Source of the DNA: Rikenellaceae bacterium
Lineage (GTDB): Bacteria > Bacteroidota > Bacteroidia > Bacteroidales > Rikenellaceae
Assembly: GCA_017415005.1 (NCBI GenBank)
Contig: JAFQJK010000015.1
Span: 40,084-104,083 of the forward strand
Length of the DNA stretch: 64,000 bases
Reading direction: 5' to 3'
Shown: positions 1 through 9,999 of the stretch, piece by piece
Layout of the letters: every line of letters starts with the position of its first letter
Numbering within the stretch: the stretch's first letter is position 1
The notes under the pieces: generated by a model
The model's input: only the letters and a program-made list of their open reading frames with translations
What the model was told of the DNA's origin: nothing
Database searches by the model: none
Position numbers and translations under genes: made by a program

Positions 1-63
1 GCGTGATGTCGTCCCAGCTGGTAGGGCATGTGTAGCCGATATTGTTTATAAGTATGTTTATCA
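1..63 (-). CDS. hypothetical protein, N-terminal fragment running off the left edge
   Basis: ATG (reverse complement) at 61-63 opens a frame reading MINILINNIGYTCPTSWDDIT to the window edge. It lies 47 nt downstream of the stop of the 111-356 ORF on the same strand. No family recognised. Confidence 0.3.
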
Positions 64-110
64 TCTGTTGGTAAATGATAGGAAAACGTCGACAGGTTGT
101 TGATAAGGTT

Positions 111-356
111 TTATCGGGACGACATGACCTTGATCAGGTCTTTCACCTCGCGGGCGACACCGAGCGCCCGGTGATTCGACAGTTTGTGTCGTGCGCGTGT
201 TTCGGCCAGGATCTCCAGCGATCGGACCACGCCGAGCATCATGGCCCGGGCCTGATCCTCCTGTTCGGTGATCTCGCGCTCTGTCATATCTGACGAAGGA
301 TGATGGGGGGTGTCGAGCCCTGTTCCGGGGCCGACAGCGTGGCACAGGTTTTCCAT
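111..356 (-). CDS. small hypothetical protein (81 aa)
   Basis: This is the only frame here with protein-like, helical composition (EREITEQEDQARAMMLGVVRSLEILAETRARHKL). The overlapping frames are Arg/Pro/Gly-rich shadow ORFs. No family recognised. Confidence 0.4.
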   Translation of the reverse strand: MENLCHAVGPGTGLDTPHHPSSDMTEREITEQEDQARAMMLGVVRSLEILAETRARHKLSNHRALGVAREVKDLIKVMSSR

Positions 357-619
357 AAAAAACGATTTAGGGGTATGTTACATTCGGTTATATCGTCTGC
401 ATGAGGCACAGTCCTGCCGGTCGACACGGCGATCCGGACTGGCGCAACGATTCCTTGCCAGGACCGTTTCATTCAGGCTTGGGGTGGTGATCGGGGTAGG
501 GCTTATGAAAGATGAAATATAAATTATTGGATATTGTTCGGGGTTACGTGCCGGATGTATCTATATATTGATAATTAATATAATATATTGCTTGTCGGGT
601 TGTTTTACAGGACAAATAT

Positions 620-654
620 AATATAAAAACCCCGCCTTGTCAAGAGGCGGGGTT
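620..654 (-). terminator. intrinsic terminator downstream of rnhB
   Basis: 9-bp GC stem aaccccgcc (628-636) pairs with ggcggggtt (646-654). On the minus strand it is followed by a T-run (complement of aaaaa at 625-629). Confidence 0.75.
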
Positions 655-682
655 AAAAAATTGGATTTTGTATAAAAGATCG

Positions 683-1282
683 TTATCCGAACAGGGATAA
701 CTGGTCGATATTCGGGTTGAAGGTACGCCTGTGGTAGGGTGTCAGTCCGTATCTGGCCACGGCGATCCGGTGTTCGCGCGTCGGATATCCTTTGTTCTTG
801 GCCCAGTTGTATTCCGGGAACTCCGCGCCGATCTGCCGCATGAAATCGTCCCGGTAGGTCTTTGCCAGGACCGATGCCGCAGCGATCGGCATATAGATGC
901 CGTCGCCTCCGACGATACACCGGTAGGGGATGTCGAGCGTGGTCCTGAACCGGTTGCCGTCGATCAGCAGGCTTTCCGGCCTGACCGTCAGTTTGCCGAC
1001 CGCGCCCGTCATGGCGGCGAACGATGCGTTGAGGATGTTGATCCGGTCGATCTCTTCGGCGCTGACCTGCTCCACGGCCCAGGCCACCGCCTCTTTCCGG
1101 ATGATGTCCCGCAGCTTCTCCCGGTTCCGCTCGCTCATCTGTTTCGAGTCGTTGAGCAGCGGATGGGCAAAGCCGGGAGGCAGGATGACGGATGCGGCGA
1201 ACACCGGGCCGGCCAGGCAGCCCCTTCCCGCTTCGTCGCATCCGGCCTCGAGCGTCCCTTCGCTAAAACAGGCTTTCAGCAT
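683..1282 (-). CDS. rnhB: ribonuclease HII
   Basis: 199 aa with the N-terminal motif GCDEAGRGCLAGPV and the overall RNase HII pattern (LNDSKQMS, GGDGIYMPIAAASVLAK). Confidence 0.95.
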   Translation of the reverse strand: MLKACFSEGTLEAGCDEAGRGCLAGPVFAASVILPPGFAHPLLNDSKQMSERNREKLRDIIRKEAVAWAVEQVSAEEIDRINILNASFAAMTGAVGKLTVRPESLLIDGNRFRTTLDIPYRCIVGGDGIYMPIAAASVLAKTYRDDFMRQIGAEFPEYNWAKNKGYPTREHRIAVARYGLTPYHRRTFNPNIDQLSLFG

Positions 1283-1295
1283 CGCGGTTCCCGGG

Positions 1296-4200
1296 TTATT
1301 TCAACCCCAGCGTCGAGAAGTAATTGCGGATTCCGTTCGCGATCTCCGTCTGCCCGAATTCATCGGCCATGCCGTACAAGTCGCTGAGGATATACAGGTT
1401 CTCGTCGAGCTTGTTCTTGACCAGCTCGCCGTTCCGTCCCGTAAAGCGCATCATGTAAGTGATGTTCTCTTCGAGGACGCGCACGTAGTCGTTCAGTATC
1501 TCGTTGGCTTTCTCCGTCGCCCCGGCCAGATAGTATGCCTCGATGACCGGCGGTGTCAGGCCGTACGAGTGGCGGATCTGACTGAACGGCAGCTCCTCGA
1601 CACCCCGGTCGAGCACCTCGATCGCCCTTACCGTATCGCCCTCCGCCACCAGTTGCTTGGCGAGCCGTGCAAAGGCCGTGCGCGAGAGCGACGAGTTGAG
1701 ATTGGTCTGGACGAAGAAGTCGGCATAGACGCGCGGGTCCTTGACATTGCCGTAGCGGAACTCGTTCATCAGCTTGTCGTACATATATTCCGTATCGATC
1801 CGTCCCACTTCCGTATAGGTCGAAGAAGGCGTCTTGATCGGGACGAGCCGGTAGGCGAAGCCGTCGAATTGCAGGTAATCTTTCAGCCCGAATGCCGACA
1901 GGTTGTGCGGTTGGGTGAAGTAGAGCGGACGTTTCCAGTCGAACGTTGCCAGCAGGTCGAGCAGCATCAGCTCGCTTTTGTCGATCCCCGATTTTTGGAT
2001 GGTGATGTATATCGTGTCGACCATCAGGTCGGCGTCCTCGGGCTTCACGATGCCGCTTGCGATCGCATTCTCCTTGTTGACCGGCAGCGCCAACTGTTTG
2101 GTGGGGATGTAGTCGATCTGCCGCCCGCCGCTCGTTGCCTTGGTCTTCGGATCGTCGCTGGCGATGAACTCCATGACCTTGCGGATGTCTATCGGTTGCT
2201 TGAACAGGTCGTTGACCGCTACGTAGTCGTTGCTGTTGTTCCGGTATTTCGACCGGGCCAGCGAGAATGGCACGGGCTCCGAGTCGTTGGCCTTGATCCG
2301 CATTTCGTCGATGTACCAGTCCGCCCCGAGGTAGCTCATGTTCATCACGCGGACATCCGTGCGCACGCCTTCCACTTCCTGGTTGTACCAGAGCGGGAAC
2401 GTGTCGTTGTCGCCGTAGTTCATGATGATCGCGTTGGGCAGCGTCGATTGCAGATAGTTGTATCCCAGGTCGCGTGCGATGTATCGGTGCGACCGGTCGT
2501 GGTCGTCCCAGTTCTGTGCGGCCAGGATGATCGGGACGCAGCTGCAAATGGCCGTTGCCGCAACGGCTGTTGCCACGTTCTGCTTCTTCAGCACCTTGGC
2601 CAGCCCCTGGTAGATCGACAGTACGCCGAGTCCGATCCAGATGCAGAACGCGTAGAACGATCCTGCGAATACGTAGTCGCGCTCGCGCGGCTCGTTCGGG
2701 GCTGTGTTGAAGTAAAGGATCAGCGCGATGCCCATCATGAAGAACAGCCACAGTACGACGGTGAAGTTCCGCTTGTCCCGGTTGAGCTGGAAGATCAACC
2801 CGATGATCCCGAGGATGAACGGCAGGAAATAGTAGGTGTTCCTGCCTTTGTTCGTTGCCATGTCCGAGGGGATATTGTCCTGCGGGCCGAGGTATAGCTC
2901 GTCGATGAACTTGATACCCGAGAGCCAGTTGCCGCCGGTGATCTCCCCGGTCGACTGCACGTCGCTCTGGCGGCCGACGAAATTCCACAGGAAATAGCGC
3001 CAGTACATGAAGTTGAGCTGGTAGGCGAAGAAGTAACGCAGGTTCTCTCCGAATGTCGGGACGGTTATCATTTCGCCGTTGAACGGGATCTTGCGCCCCG
3101 TTACGTTGCCCCATACCTGATAATCCTTGACATGGGCCTCGCGGGCCGAGTACATGCGGGGGAAGAAGAACGTGAACTCGGGCGGGTACTCATAGTCCGA
3201 TATCCGTGTTGTGGTTTTGTATTTCCCGTCGTCGTCCAGATAGTAGCTCGTGGATTCCTTGATCCCGATCGGAGGCGACGAGTATACGGGGCCCCTGAGC
3301 AGCGGGCGGTTGCCGTACTGGTCGCGGTTGAGCAGCGATAGCAGGGCGTACGGGTCGCTCGGATTGTTGCTGTTCATCGGCGGGTTGGCCGCTGCGCGGA
3401 TGATGACCGAGGCATAGCTGCCGTATCCGAGCAGGATCACGGTCAGGCAGAGCACGATCGTGTTGGCCAGCACTTTCCCTTTTTTATGCGTACGGTAGAT
3501 CGCGTAACCCAGGCCGGCGAAAAGGGCCAGCACGAAGAACGTGATCCCGCTGTTCACGGGGAGTCCGAAGCCGTTGACGAACATCCGGTCGAACACGGCG
3601 CCGATGGCTACCGTGTACGGAACGATGATCGAGTTGATGACGCCCAGCAGGACCACGGCGATCAGCGTCGCTTTCACTACGCCCCACTTGGTTGTTTTCG
3701 GGTACTTGCGGAAGTAGTAGATGAAGACGAGCGCCGGGATCGTCAGCAGGTTCAGCAGGTGGATACCGATCGAGAGTCCCATCAGGTAGGCGATCAGCAC
3801 GAGCCAGCGGTTGGCGTGCGGTTCGTCGGCGACGTTCTCCCATTTCAGCATGGCCCAGAACACTATGGCCGTGAACAGCGACGAGAGGGCATACACCTCG
3901 CCTTCGACCGCCGAGAACCAGAACGTGTCTGTGAACGTATAGGCCAGCGCCCCGATCAGTCCTGCGCCGATCACGGCCCAGCTCTGCGGCCGGGTCAGCT
4001 CGTCCTCGGTCTTGCCGTAGGCCCTGCGGGCGAGGTGGGTGATGCTCCAGAACAGGAAGAGGATCGTGAACGCGCTGGCCATGGCCGACATCAGGTTGAC
4101 CATCATGGCCACCTTCGTCACGTCGGGCGCGAACATCGAGAAGAAACGCGAGATCATCATGAACAGCGGTGCTCCGGGAGGGTGTCCCACTTCGAGTTTG

Positions 4201-4331
4201 TACGATGTGGCGATAAATTCGCTGCAGTCCCAGAGGCTTGCCGTAGGCTCGATCGTCATGCCGTATACGACGGCCGAGATGGCGAACGCGAGCCATCCGA
4301 TGATCAGGTTGTACTTCTTGAAGTAATTCAT
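1296..4331 (-). CDS. DUF2723-type large polytopic membrane protein (putative GT-C-like glycosyltransferase)
   Basis: Track ORF 1296-4637 trimmed to the ATG at 4329-4331 (MNYFKKYNLIIGWLAFAISAVVYG). It has many TM segments in the N-terminal half (EVGHPPGAPLFMMI) and a soluble C-terminal half with TPR-like helices. The upstream 102 codons are Arg/Gly-rich and overlap the divergent promoter region. Confidence 0.85.
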   Translation of the reverse strand: MNYFKKYNLIIGWLAFAISAVVYGMTIEPTASLWDCSEFIATSYKLEVGHPPGAPLFMMISRFFSMFAPDVTKVAMMVNLMSAMASAFTILFLFWSITHLARRAYGKTEDELTRPQSWAVIGAGLIGALAYTFTDTFWFSAVEGEVYALSSLFTAIVFWAMLKWENVADEPHANRWLVLIAYLMGLSIGIHLLNLLTIPALVFIYYFRKYPKTTKWGVVKATLIAVVLLGVINSIIVPYTVAIGAVFDRMFVNGFGLPVNSGITFFVLALFAGLGYAIYRTHKKGKVLANTIVLCLTVILLGYGSYASVIIRAAANPPMNSNNPSDPYALLSLLNRDQYGNRPLLRGPVYSSPPIGIKESTSYYLDDDGKYKTTTRISDYEYPPEFTFFFPRMYSAREAHVKDYQVWGNVTGRKIPFNGEMITVPTFGENLRYFFAYQLNFMYWRYFLWNFVGRQSDVQSTGEITGGNWLSGIKFIDELYLGPQDNIPSDMATNKGRNTYYFLPFILGIIGLIFQLNRDKRNFTVVLWLFFMMGIALILYFNTAPNEPRERDYVFAGSFYAFCIWIGLGVLSIYQGLAKVLKKQNVATAVAATAICSCVPIILAAQNWDDHDRSHRYIARDLGYNYLQSTLPNAIIMNYGDNDTFPLWYNQEVEGVRTDVRVMNMSYLGADWYIDEMRIKANDSEPVPFSLARSKYRNNSNDYVAVNDLFKQPIDIRKVMEFIASDDPKTKATSGGRQIDYIPTKQLALPVNKENAIASGIVKPEDADLMVDTIYITIQKSGIDKSELMLLDLLATFDWKRPLYFTQPHNLSAFGLKDYLQFDGFAYRLVPIKTPSSTYTEVGRIDTEYMYDKLMNEFRYGNVKDPRVYADFFVQTNLNSSLSRTAFARLAKQLVAEGDTVRAIEVLDRGVEELPFSQIRHSYGLTPPVIEAYYLAGATEKANEILNDYVRVLEENITYMMRFTGRNGELVKNKLDENLYILSDLYGMADEFGQTEIANGIRNYFSTLGLK

Positions 4332-4506
4332 AGATTCTCTTTGTCGTTCATAATCGGGGGAAACAGTTGCAAAATTAAAAAAATAACGGCGCAAACCGGC
4401 ATTTATTCCGATTCTTAGCGAGAAAGTTGTAATTTTACGACCATAATCTTTGCCGGGCGCGCTGCATTTGCGCGCTGCTCCGTGCCTGCGCCATATGCCT
4501 GCTGCT

Positions 4507-4875
4507 ATGTACAAACCAGCGATCGTTACCTGTTGCCTGCTGCTGATGCTTTGTGTCCTGCTGCCGGGCTGCTCTTCGTCCGTTATGTCGGCCCGGTCGG
4601 CTCCCGAAGCCGGCAAGAGCGCCTTTGCGGGCGACAATGTCCGTCCGGGGATGACCCGCGCGGAGTTTGTCAGGCTGAACGGCGAGCCCTACAAGACGGC
4701 CTTTTCCGACGAGCCCGGCCGGTATGTCGAGACGCTGTATTATAAGGAGCGGCTGGGGATATGGTACGTGCTCAATATGTCGTTCCGTTTTGTCAACGAC
4801 CGCCTGGTCGCCCAGGAACAGCTCGGCGAGGAGCGCCTCTATGTCGAGGGCTGCTGCTCCGGCAAGAACGATTAG
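4507..4875 (+). CDS. small lipoprotein, BamE/SmpA-like
   Basis: Trimmed to the ATG at 4507. It has a lipoprotein signal with lipobox (MYKPAIVTCCLLLMLCVLLPGC-SSS), and GMTRAEFVRLNGEPY resembles SmpA/OmlA-type lipoproteins. Confidence 0.7.
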   Translation: MYKPAIVTCCLLLMLCVLLPGCSSSVMSARSAPEAGKSAFAGDNVRPGMTRAEFVRLNGEPYKTAFSDEPGRYVETLYYKERLGIWYVLNMSFRFVNDRLVAQEQLGEERLYVEGCCSGKND

Positions 4876-4908
4876 TCTGTTTTACATTTTTTATGAGATA
4901 AGCTGACG

Positions 4909-6375
4909 ATGGATTCCAAACTGACGATCTACAACACGCTCTCCCGCACCAAGGAGGAGTTCGTTCCCTATAATCCGCCCCATGTGGGCCTGTATGTCTG
5001 CGGACCGACGGTCTACGGCGACGCCCACCTGGGCCATGCCCGGCCGGCCATTACGTTCGACCTGCTGTTCCGCTACCTGACCCACCTGGGGTACAAGGTG
5101 CGCTACGTGCGCAACATCACCGATGTGGGCCACCTCGAGAACGATGCCGACGAGGGCGAGGACAAGATCAGCAAGAAGGCGCGCCTCGAGCAGCTCGAGC
5201 CGATGGAGGTGGCGCACTATTACACCGAGCGCTACCGTCATGCCATGGAGCGGCTGGGTGTCCTCTCTCCGAGCATCGAGCCGCATGCTTCGGGCCACAT
5301 CATCGAGCAGATCGAGCTCATCAGGCAGATCTTCGAACAGGGCTATGCCTACGAGAGCAATGGCTCGGTCTATTTCGATGTCGAGCGGTACAATGCGAAG
5401 TACCATTACGGCAAGCTTTCGGGCCGCGTGCTCGATGAAATGCTGGCCTGCACGCGCGACCTCGACGGCCAGAGCGACAAGCGCAGCCCCTGCGACTTCG
5501 CGCTCTGGAAGAAGGCTTCGCCCGAGCACATCATGCGCTGGCCCTCGCCGTGGAGCGAGGGTTTTCCCGGTTGGCATCTCGAGTGTTCGGCCATGAGCAC
5601 CAAATACCTGGGCGAGCGCTTCGACATTCACGGGGGCGGCATGGACCTGATGTTCCCGCACCACGAGTGTGAGATCGCGCAGAGCACGGCCGCCAGCGGC
5701 CATGGCGCCGCGCATTACTGGATGCACAACAACATGATCACGATCAACGGCCAGAAGATGGGCAAGTCGCTGGGCAACTTCATCACGCTCGACGAGTTGT
5801 TCACGGGTAGCCACAAGCTGCTCGAGCAGCCCTACTCGCCGATGACGATCCGCTTCTTTATCCTTCAGGCCCACTATCGCAGTACGCTCGATTTCTCGAA
5901 CGAGGCGTTGCAGGCTGCCGAGAAGGGGCTTGACCGCCTGATGAAGGGCGTGGCCACGCTTGACAAGGTCAAACCGTCCGATCGCTCCACCGTCGATGTT
6001 GCCGACCTTGCGCGCCGCTGCGCCGAGGCGATGAACGACGACCTGAACTCGCCGATCGTCATTTCCGTGTTGTTCGACTGGGTACGTACGATCAACCAGC
6101 TTTACGAGGGTCAGCAGCAGATCACGGCGGCCGACCTCGACGAGCTGAAGCGGCAGGTGCGTACCTTTGTTTTTGATGTGCTTGGGCTGCGCGACGAGCG
6201 CGTGGCGGGCGAGACCGACCGCGTGACACCGCTGGTCAATATGCTGCTCGATGTGCGCCAGCAGGCCAAAGCCAATAAGGACTGGGCGACGTCCGACAAG
6301 ATACGCGACGAGCTGACAGCCATCGGTATCCGGGTCAAGGACCGTAAGGACGGTGTCGACTGGGAGATCGAGTAG
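4909..6375 (+). CDS. cysS: cysteine--tRNA ligase
   Basis: 488 aa class I aaRS with the HIGH-type motif ([10 protein letters not shown]) and the KMSKS-type motif (KMGKSLGN). Confidence 0.97.
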   Translation: MDSKLTIYNTLSRTKEEFVPYNPPHVGLYVCGPTVYGDAHLGHARPAITFDLLFRYLTHLGYKVRYVRNITDVGHLENDADEGEDKISKKARLEQLEPMEVAHYYTERYRHAMERLGVLSPSIEPHASGHIIEQIELIRQIFEQGYAYESNGSVYFDVERYNAKYHYGKLSGRVLDEMLACTRDLDGQSDKRSPCDFALWKKASPEHIMRWPSPWSEGFPGWHLECSAMSTKYLGERFDIHGGGMDLMFPHHECEIAQSTAASGHGAAHYWMHNNMITINGQKMGKSLGNFITLDELFTGSHKLLEQPYSPMTIRFFILQAHYRSTLDFSNEALQAAEKGLDRLMKGVATLDKVKPSDRSTVDVADLARRCAEAMNDDLNSPIVISVLFDWVRTINQLYEGQQQITAADLDELKRQVRTFVFDVLGLRDERVAGETDRVTPLVNMLLDVRQQAKANKDWATSDKIRDELTAIGIRVKDRKDGVDWEIE

Positions 6376-6398
6376 CGGGTCTGCCGGGTATAAAGCGA

Positions 6399-6436
6399 GC
6401 CCGCGCGGTCCGGTCAGGGTCGCGCAGGCTTTTTTC
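6399..6436 (+). terminator. intrinsic terminator after cysS
   Basis: Stem gcccgcgcg (6399-6407) pairs with cgcgcaggc (6421-6429) with one mismatch, followed by tttttt (6430-6435). Confidence 0.6.
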
Positions 6437-6976
6437 GGTCATCGCCGCCCGAGCTGCACGGGCGGCTCCGGTCACAGCCTGATCTCGCCTTCGGGATAGC
6501 ACACCGCCGTTCCCCCGATGGCCACCCGGTCGCCCAGATCTTCACAGATAAGCGCTCCGCCTGCACAGCGCCGGAAATTTGTATTGTTTTGAGTGTCCGC
6601 AGCCGTGGGGTACGATTCCCGGCTTCGTGCCCGACCCTCCACCTGCCAGCTCTGTGGAAGGCCGGTGCTTCTCTGGGCGTCTGTAGCCTTGGGAGTGGGT
6701 CTTTGGCTTTGTGCGGGTCTCCGCCAGCTCAGTTCGGGATATTTGTAATTACTCTATTGTCAGTGATTTTTAGCGTGGTCCTGGGCTTCATGCCGGGTTT
6801 CTCCTTCCCGCCCGGCTCCGGACGCCCACGCCGTGTCGTACAGCCCCTGCTCGAGCATGAATTCTCCGGCGGGCGGATTTGCCCGGTGCGGCGGTCGCGT
6901 TCTCACTCCGTTTCGGCCGTTCGGCTCCGTCAATGGGTTGCTTTCGCGGTCCGCGTTCACGGGGATCCGACACACG

Positions 6977-7438
6977 TTACTTTGAGTCGATCTCCTCGGC
7001 CGGGCAGGGGAGCCAGTATCCGGCGTCCATGATCTCGTCCGGGGCGAAAAAGTGGCTCCACTCCTCGCGTGCGTTCTCGTCGCTGTCCGAGGCGTGGATC
7101 GCGTTGCGCGTGAGGCTTTCGGCAAACAGCTTGCGGATCGTCCCCGCTTCTGCCTTGGCCGGATCGGTGCTTCCCACGATCCTGCGCAGCTCTTCGACCG
7201 CGTTCTCTTTTTCGACGACGGCTGCAACGATCGGGCCCGAAGTCATGAACGTGACCAGTCGGCGGAAGAACGGCCGGTCTTTGTGTACGGCATAGAACCG
7301 TTCGGCGTCGTTCCGGCTCATGCAGACCATTTTCAGCGCGCAGATGCGGAAGCCCGCTCCGGCGATCATGTCGAGGATTTTACCCGTGTGTCCGTTCCCT
7401 ACGGCGTTGGGCTTGATCATGGTGAATGTCCTGCTCAT
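6977..7438 (-). CDS. ndk: nucleoside-diphosphate kinase
   Basis: 153 aa. MSRTFTMIKPNAV, the active-site region NAIHASDS and overall NDK collinearity. Confidence 0.95.
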   Translation of the reverse strand: MSRTFTMIKPNAVGNGHTGKILDMIAGAGFRICALKMVCMSRNDAERFYAVHKDRPFFRRLVTFMTSGPIVAAVVEKENAVEELRRIVGSTDPAKAEAGTIRKLFAESLTRNAIHASDSDENAREEWSHFFAPDEIMDAGYWLPCPAEEIDSK

Positions 7439-7766
7439 TTCGTTTCGGTTTTATCAGGTTATGGTTATGATGTGGCTCAGGCAGTCAAAGCGCCGCTTAT
7501 TTCCGCTCCGGTTATCCCGAAGGATGTGTTTCCGACCATTCGGGCCCGGTTCGGGCCGTGCCGCGTTTCCCATCGCGTGCCTGCACGGCAGGCGGCATTG
7601 CAGGCTTCGTGTCTCTGTCCTTTGCCGTTATTCCTCCGCTCATTGACGGCTGCCGGGCCTTCCTCTCCCTTGCCTGCCCCGCGTTTATCTTGTTCCCTGG
7701 GTGACGTCTTCCGCGGCTTCGGCGGTCATCCCCCGCCGGATCATCGCGTCGTTCCCGTTCTGCGCG

Positions 7767-8834
7767 TCAGGATTCGGTGTCGTCCCTGTTGGCGGTATAG
7801 ATATCCCACTTGGTCAGGACCGCCGCCATGTCGGCTGGCAGGTCGCTCTCGAAGTAGACCTCCTTGCCGGTGGCGGGATGCACGAACCCGAGGCTGCGCG
7901 CGTGTAACCCGTGGCGGGGCATGACCGTAAAGCAGTTCTCGATGAACTGCTTGTACTTGCTGAAAGTGGTTCCTTTCAGGATGCGGTCGCCTCCGTATCG
8001 CTCGTCGTTGAACAACGGGTGCCCCGTGTGTTCCATGTGGACGCGTATCTGGTGCGTACGCCCGGTTTCCAGGCGGCACTCGATGAGCGTCACATATCCG
8101 TACCGTTTGAGCACTTTGTAGTGGGTGACGGCGTGCTTGCCGGCCGATCCGTCCTCGAATACGGCCATTTTCAACCGATCGCGCAGGCTGCGGCCGATGT
8201 TCCCGGTGATCGTCCCCTCGTCCTCGTCGAAGTTGCCCCATACGAGTGCCGTGTATACGCGCCGGATCGTATGGTCGAAGAACTGCTTGGCGAGCCGCAC
8301 GTGGCTCCGTTCGTTTTTGGCGATCACCAGCAGACCCGATGTGTTCTTGTCGATCCGGTGCACGAGCCCGGCCCGCATGTCTCCTTCCTGGAACAGTGGC
8401 AGGTCCTTCAGGTGGTAGGTCAGTGCATTGACCAGCGTTCCCGTGTAGTTGCCGTGCCCGGGGTGGACCACCATGCCGGCCGCCTTGTTGACGATGATCA
8501 GGTCGTCGTCCTCGTATACGATGTCGAGCGGGATGTTTTCGGGAATGATCTCCACTTCCCGCTTCGGATAGGGCATCACGATCGATATCTGGTCGAGCGG
8601 CTTGACCTTGTAGCTCGATTTGACCGGTGTGCCGTTCACGAGGATCGATCCGCCGTCCGCCGCACTCTGTATCCGGTTGCGCGACACGTGCTCCATCCGG
8701 TTTGTCAGGAACTTGTCGATGCGTAGCAGTGCCTGTCCCTTATCCACCGTGAGGGCGAAATGCTCGTACATTTCATCCTGTTGGTCCTCGGCCTCGTTCA
8801 GGAAGTCGTCGTCGATGATCTCTTTCTCGCTCAT
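7767..8834 (-). CDS. rluD: RluA-family 23S rRNA pseudouridine synthase (RluD-like)
   Basis: 355 aa. S4-like N-terminus (RIDKFLTNRM) and the catalytic motif HRIDKNTSGLLVIAK. Confidence 0.92.
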   Translation of the reverse strand: MSEKEIIDDDFLNEAEDQQDEMYEHFALTVDKGQALLRIDKFLTNRMEHVSRNRIQSAADGGSILVNGTPVKSSYKVKPLDQISIVMPYPKREVEIIPENIPLDIVYEDDDLIIVNKAAGMVVHPGHGNYTGTLVNALTYHLKDLPLFQEGDMRAGLVHRIDKNTSGLLVIAKNERSHVRLAKQFFDHTIRRVYTALVWGNFDEDEGTITGNIGRSLRDRLKMAVFEDGSAGKHAVTHYKVLKRYGYVTLIECRLETGRTHQIRVHMEHTGHPLFNDERYGGDRILKGTTFSKYKQFIENCFTVMPRHGLHARSLGFVHPATGKEVYFESDLPADMAAVLTKWDIYTANRDDTES

Positions 8835-8844
8835 TCGTTCCGCT

Positions 8845-9723
8845 TTACAGGGCTTCCTCAGTCCGTTCCTCCTCTTCCGCCTGGCGTGCCGCCTCCTCGC
8901 ACGCCGCTTTGTCCGAAGCGGCGCTGTTCTTCTCCACGAGCTTCTCGTCGAGCGTGATCGAGAGGTCCACGGGCGTTCCGAGCGTTACGCGCCGGCCCTG
9001 TCCGGGCGACTGGACATACACGCGCGCATCCTTCTCGTTGAGGGCGTTGACCCCGTCTCCGTACGAGATCTTGCCGATATTGAGCCCGACCTCCCAGAGC
9101 CGGCTTTTGGCTTCCTTGAGCGGGAAGCCGATCACTTTCGGCACGGCCTGCGGCGCAGCGTCCTCGCTGATCCCGACGATCAGCGTGATGCCCGACCCGA
9201 TCTCGGCCTGCATCTTGCTGCCTGCCGTGACCGCCTTGCCGTCGTAGCGTTCTTCGAGGACGTTGTTGGTGGCCATGTCGCTGCGGTAGACGAGCTTTTC
9301 GATCCCGAGTCCGGCGACCTCCAGATTGTTCTTAGCCTGACGGAGCGAGTACCCGGTCACGTACGGAATGTCGACCATCTTTTGTTTGAACGAGTTGACC
9401 GTCACGAAGATGCGCCGTCCCGATTTGACTTTGGCCCCGGGGGCCGGATTCTGCTCGAGGATCACGCCGCCCTCGTACGTGGGGACGTAGAGCGAGTCGT
9501 TCACTTCGATGCGCAGCGATCCGTGGTGCCCGGCCCGCTCGGCCTCGGTGACGGTCATTCCGCTGAAGTCGGGCACCGTTTTGTGCTGTCCGTGGCGGGT
9601 GAAGAGGTTGAGCAGGACCGTTACCACGAAGAAGAATACGATGATGGCGCAGAGGGCCAGGATCAGGTTCCGTGCGATCGTATTGCCGTTGATCCGTTCG
9701 ATCAGGTTTTTCAGGAATCCCAT
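8845..9723 (-). CDS. PASTA domain-containing membrane protein
   Basis: 292 aa. N-terminal TM helix (LILALCAIIVFFFVVTVLLNLF) followed by three repeats of about 65 aa with the PASTA pattern (VPDFSGMTVTEAE, IPYVTGYSLRQAKNNL, VPKVIGFPLKEAKSRL). Confidence 0.85.
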   Translation of the reverse strand: MGFLKNLIERINGNTIARNLILALCAIIVFFFVVTVLLNLFTRHGQHKTVPDFSGMTVTEAERAGHHGSLRIEVNDSLYVPTYEGGVILEQNPAPGAKVKSGRRIFVTVNSFKQKMVDIPYVTGYSLRQAKNNLEVAGLGIEKLVYRSDMATNNVLEERYDGKAVTAGSKMQAEIGSGITLIVGISEDAAPQAVPKVIGFPLKEAKSRLWEVGLNIGKISYGDGVNALNEKDARVYVQSPGQGRRVTLGTPVDLSITLDEKLVEKNSAASDKAACEEAARQAEEEERTEEAL

Positions 9724-9999
9724 ATGCTGTTGAGTCGCTGATTAGTTTGGTTCGTATGCTGAGCCTGCCGGCTTCGTTCCGGAGCGTGCGGCCGGGCGTT
9801 TTCACCGCGCACCCTCTGTCCGGATCGTTCGGGGTGTAGGGTCCCGGGCGAGCCGCTCCGGGTCTCCCCCGTCCTGTCCGGAGTCCCGCGGCGGGCCCCG
9901 GCTTCGCTTCTTCCCGGTCCGCTCCGCGCTCTCTTTCGGGGCCCTTTCCGGTTTTCCGTTGCAGGCGTCACGTGCCGCGGCCGGCACATGCGGGTAAAG

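Noticed and set aside
930-3114. ORFs of 655 aa (plus strand) and 584 aa (minus strand, alternative frame) overlapping the DUF2723 gene. Similar alternative-frame ORFs occur throughout, for example 31316-32335, 33003-34316, 37634-39473 and 60236-61498.
   Set aside because: All overlap strongly supported genes and translate to Arg/Pro/Gly/His-rich low-complexity sequence.
4332-4637. N-terminal extensions of several track ORFs. Examples are 1296-4637, 4450-4506, 31162-32970, 34496-35947, 36816-37619, 37457-39721, 40095-40280, 45893-46033, 50626-51081 and 56706-58238.
   Set aside because: The extensions are Arg/Pro/Gly-rich and often overlap neighbouring genes or promoters. In each case an internal ATG gives a canonical N-terminus (signal peptide, lipobox or conserved start), so the shorter start was used.
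6437-6976. tmRNA, RNase P RNA, SRP RNA or a riboswitch in the long cysS-ndk gap.
   Set aside because: I could not find the conserved cores on either strand. These include GAGGAAAGUCC for RNase P, the GGGGCUGA 5' end or a tag ORF ending ALAA-stop for tmRNA, the SRP domain IV motif, and the B12 or TPP boxes. A T-arm-like gggtacgattccc has a non-canonical loop.
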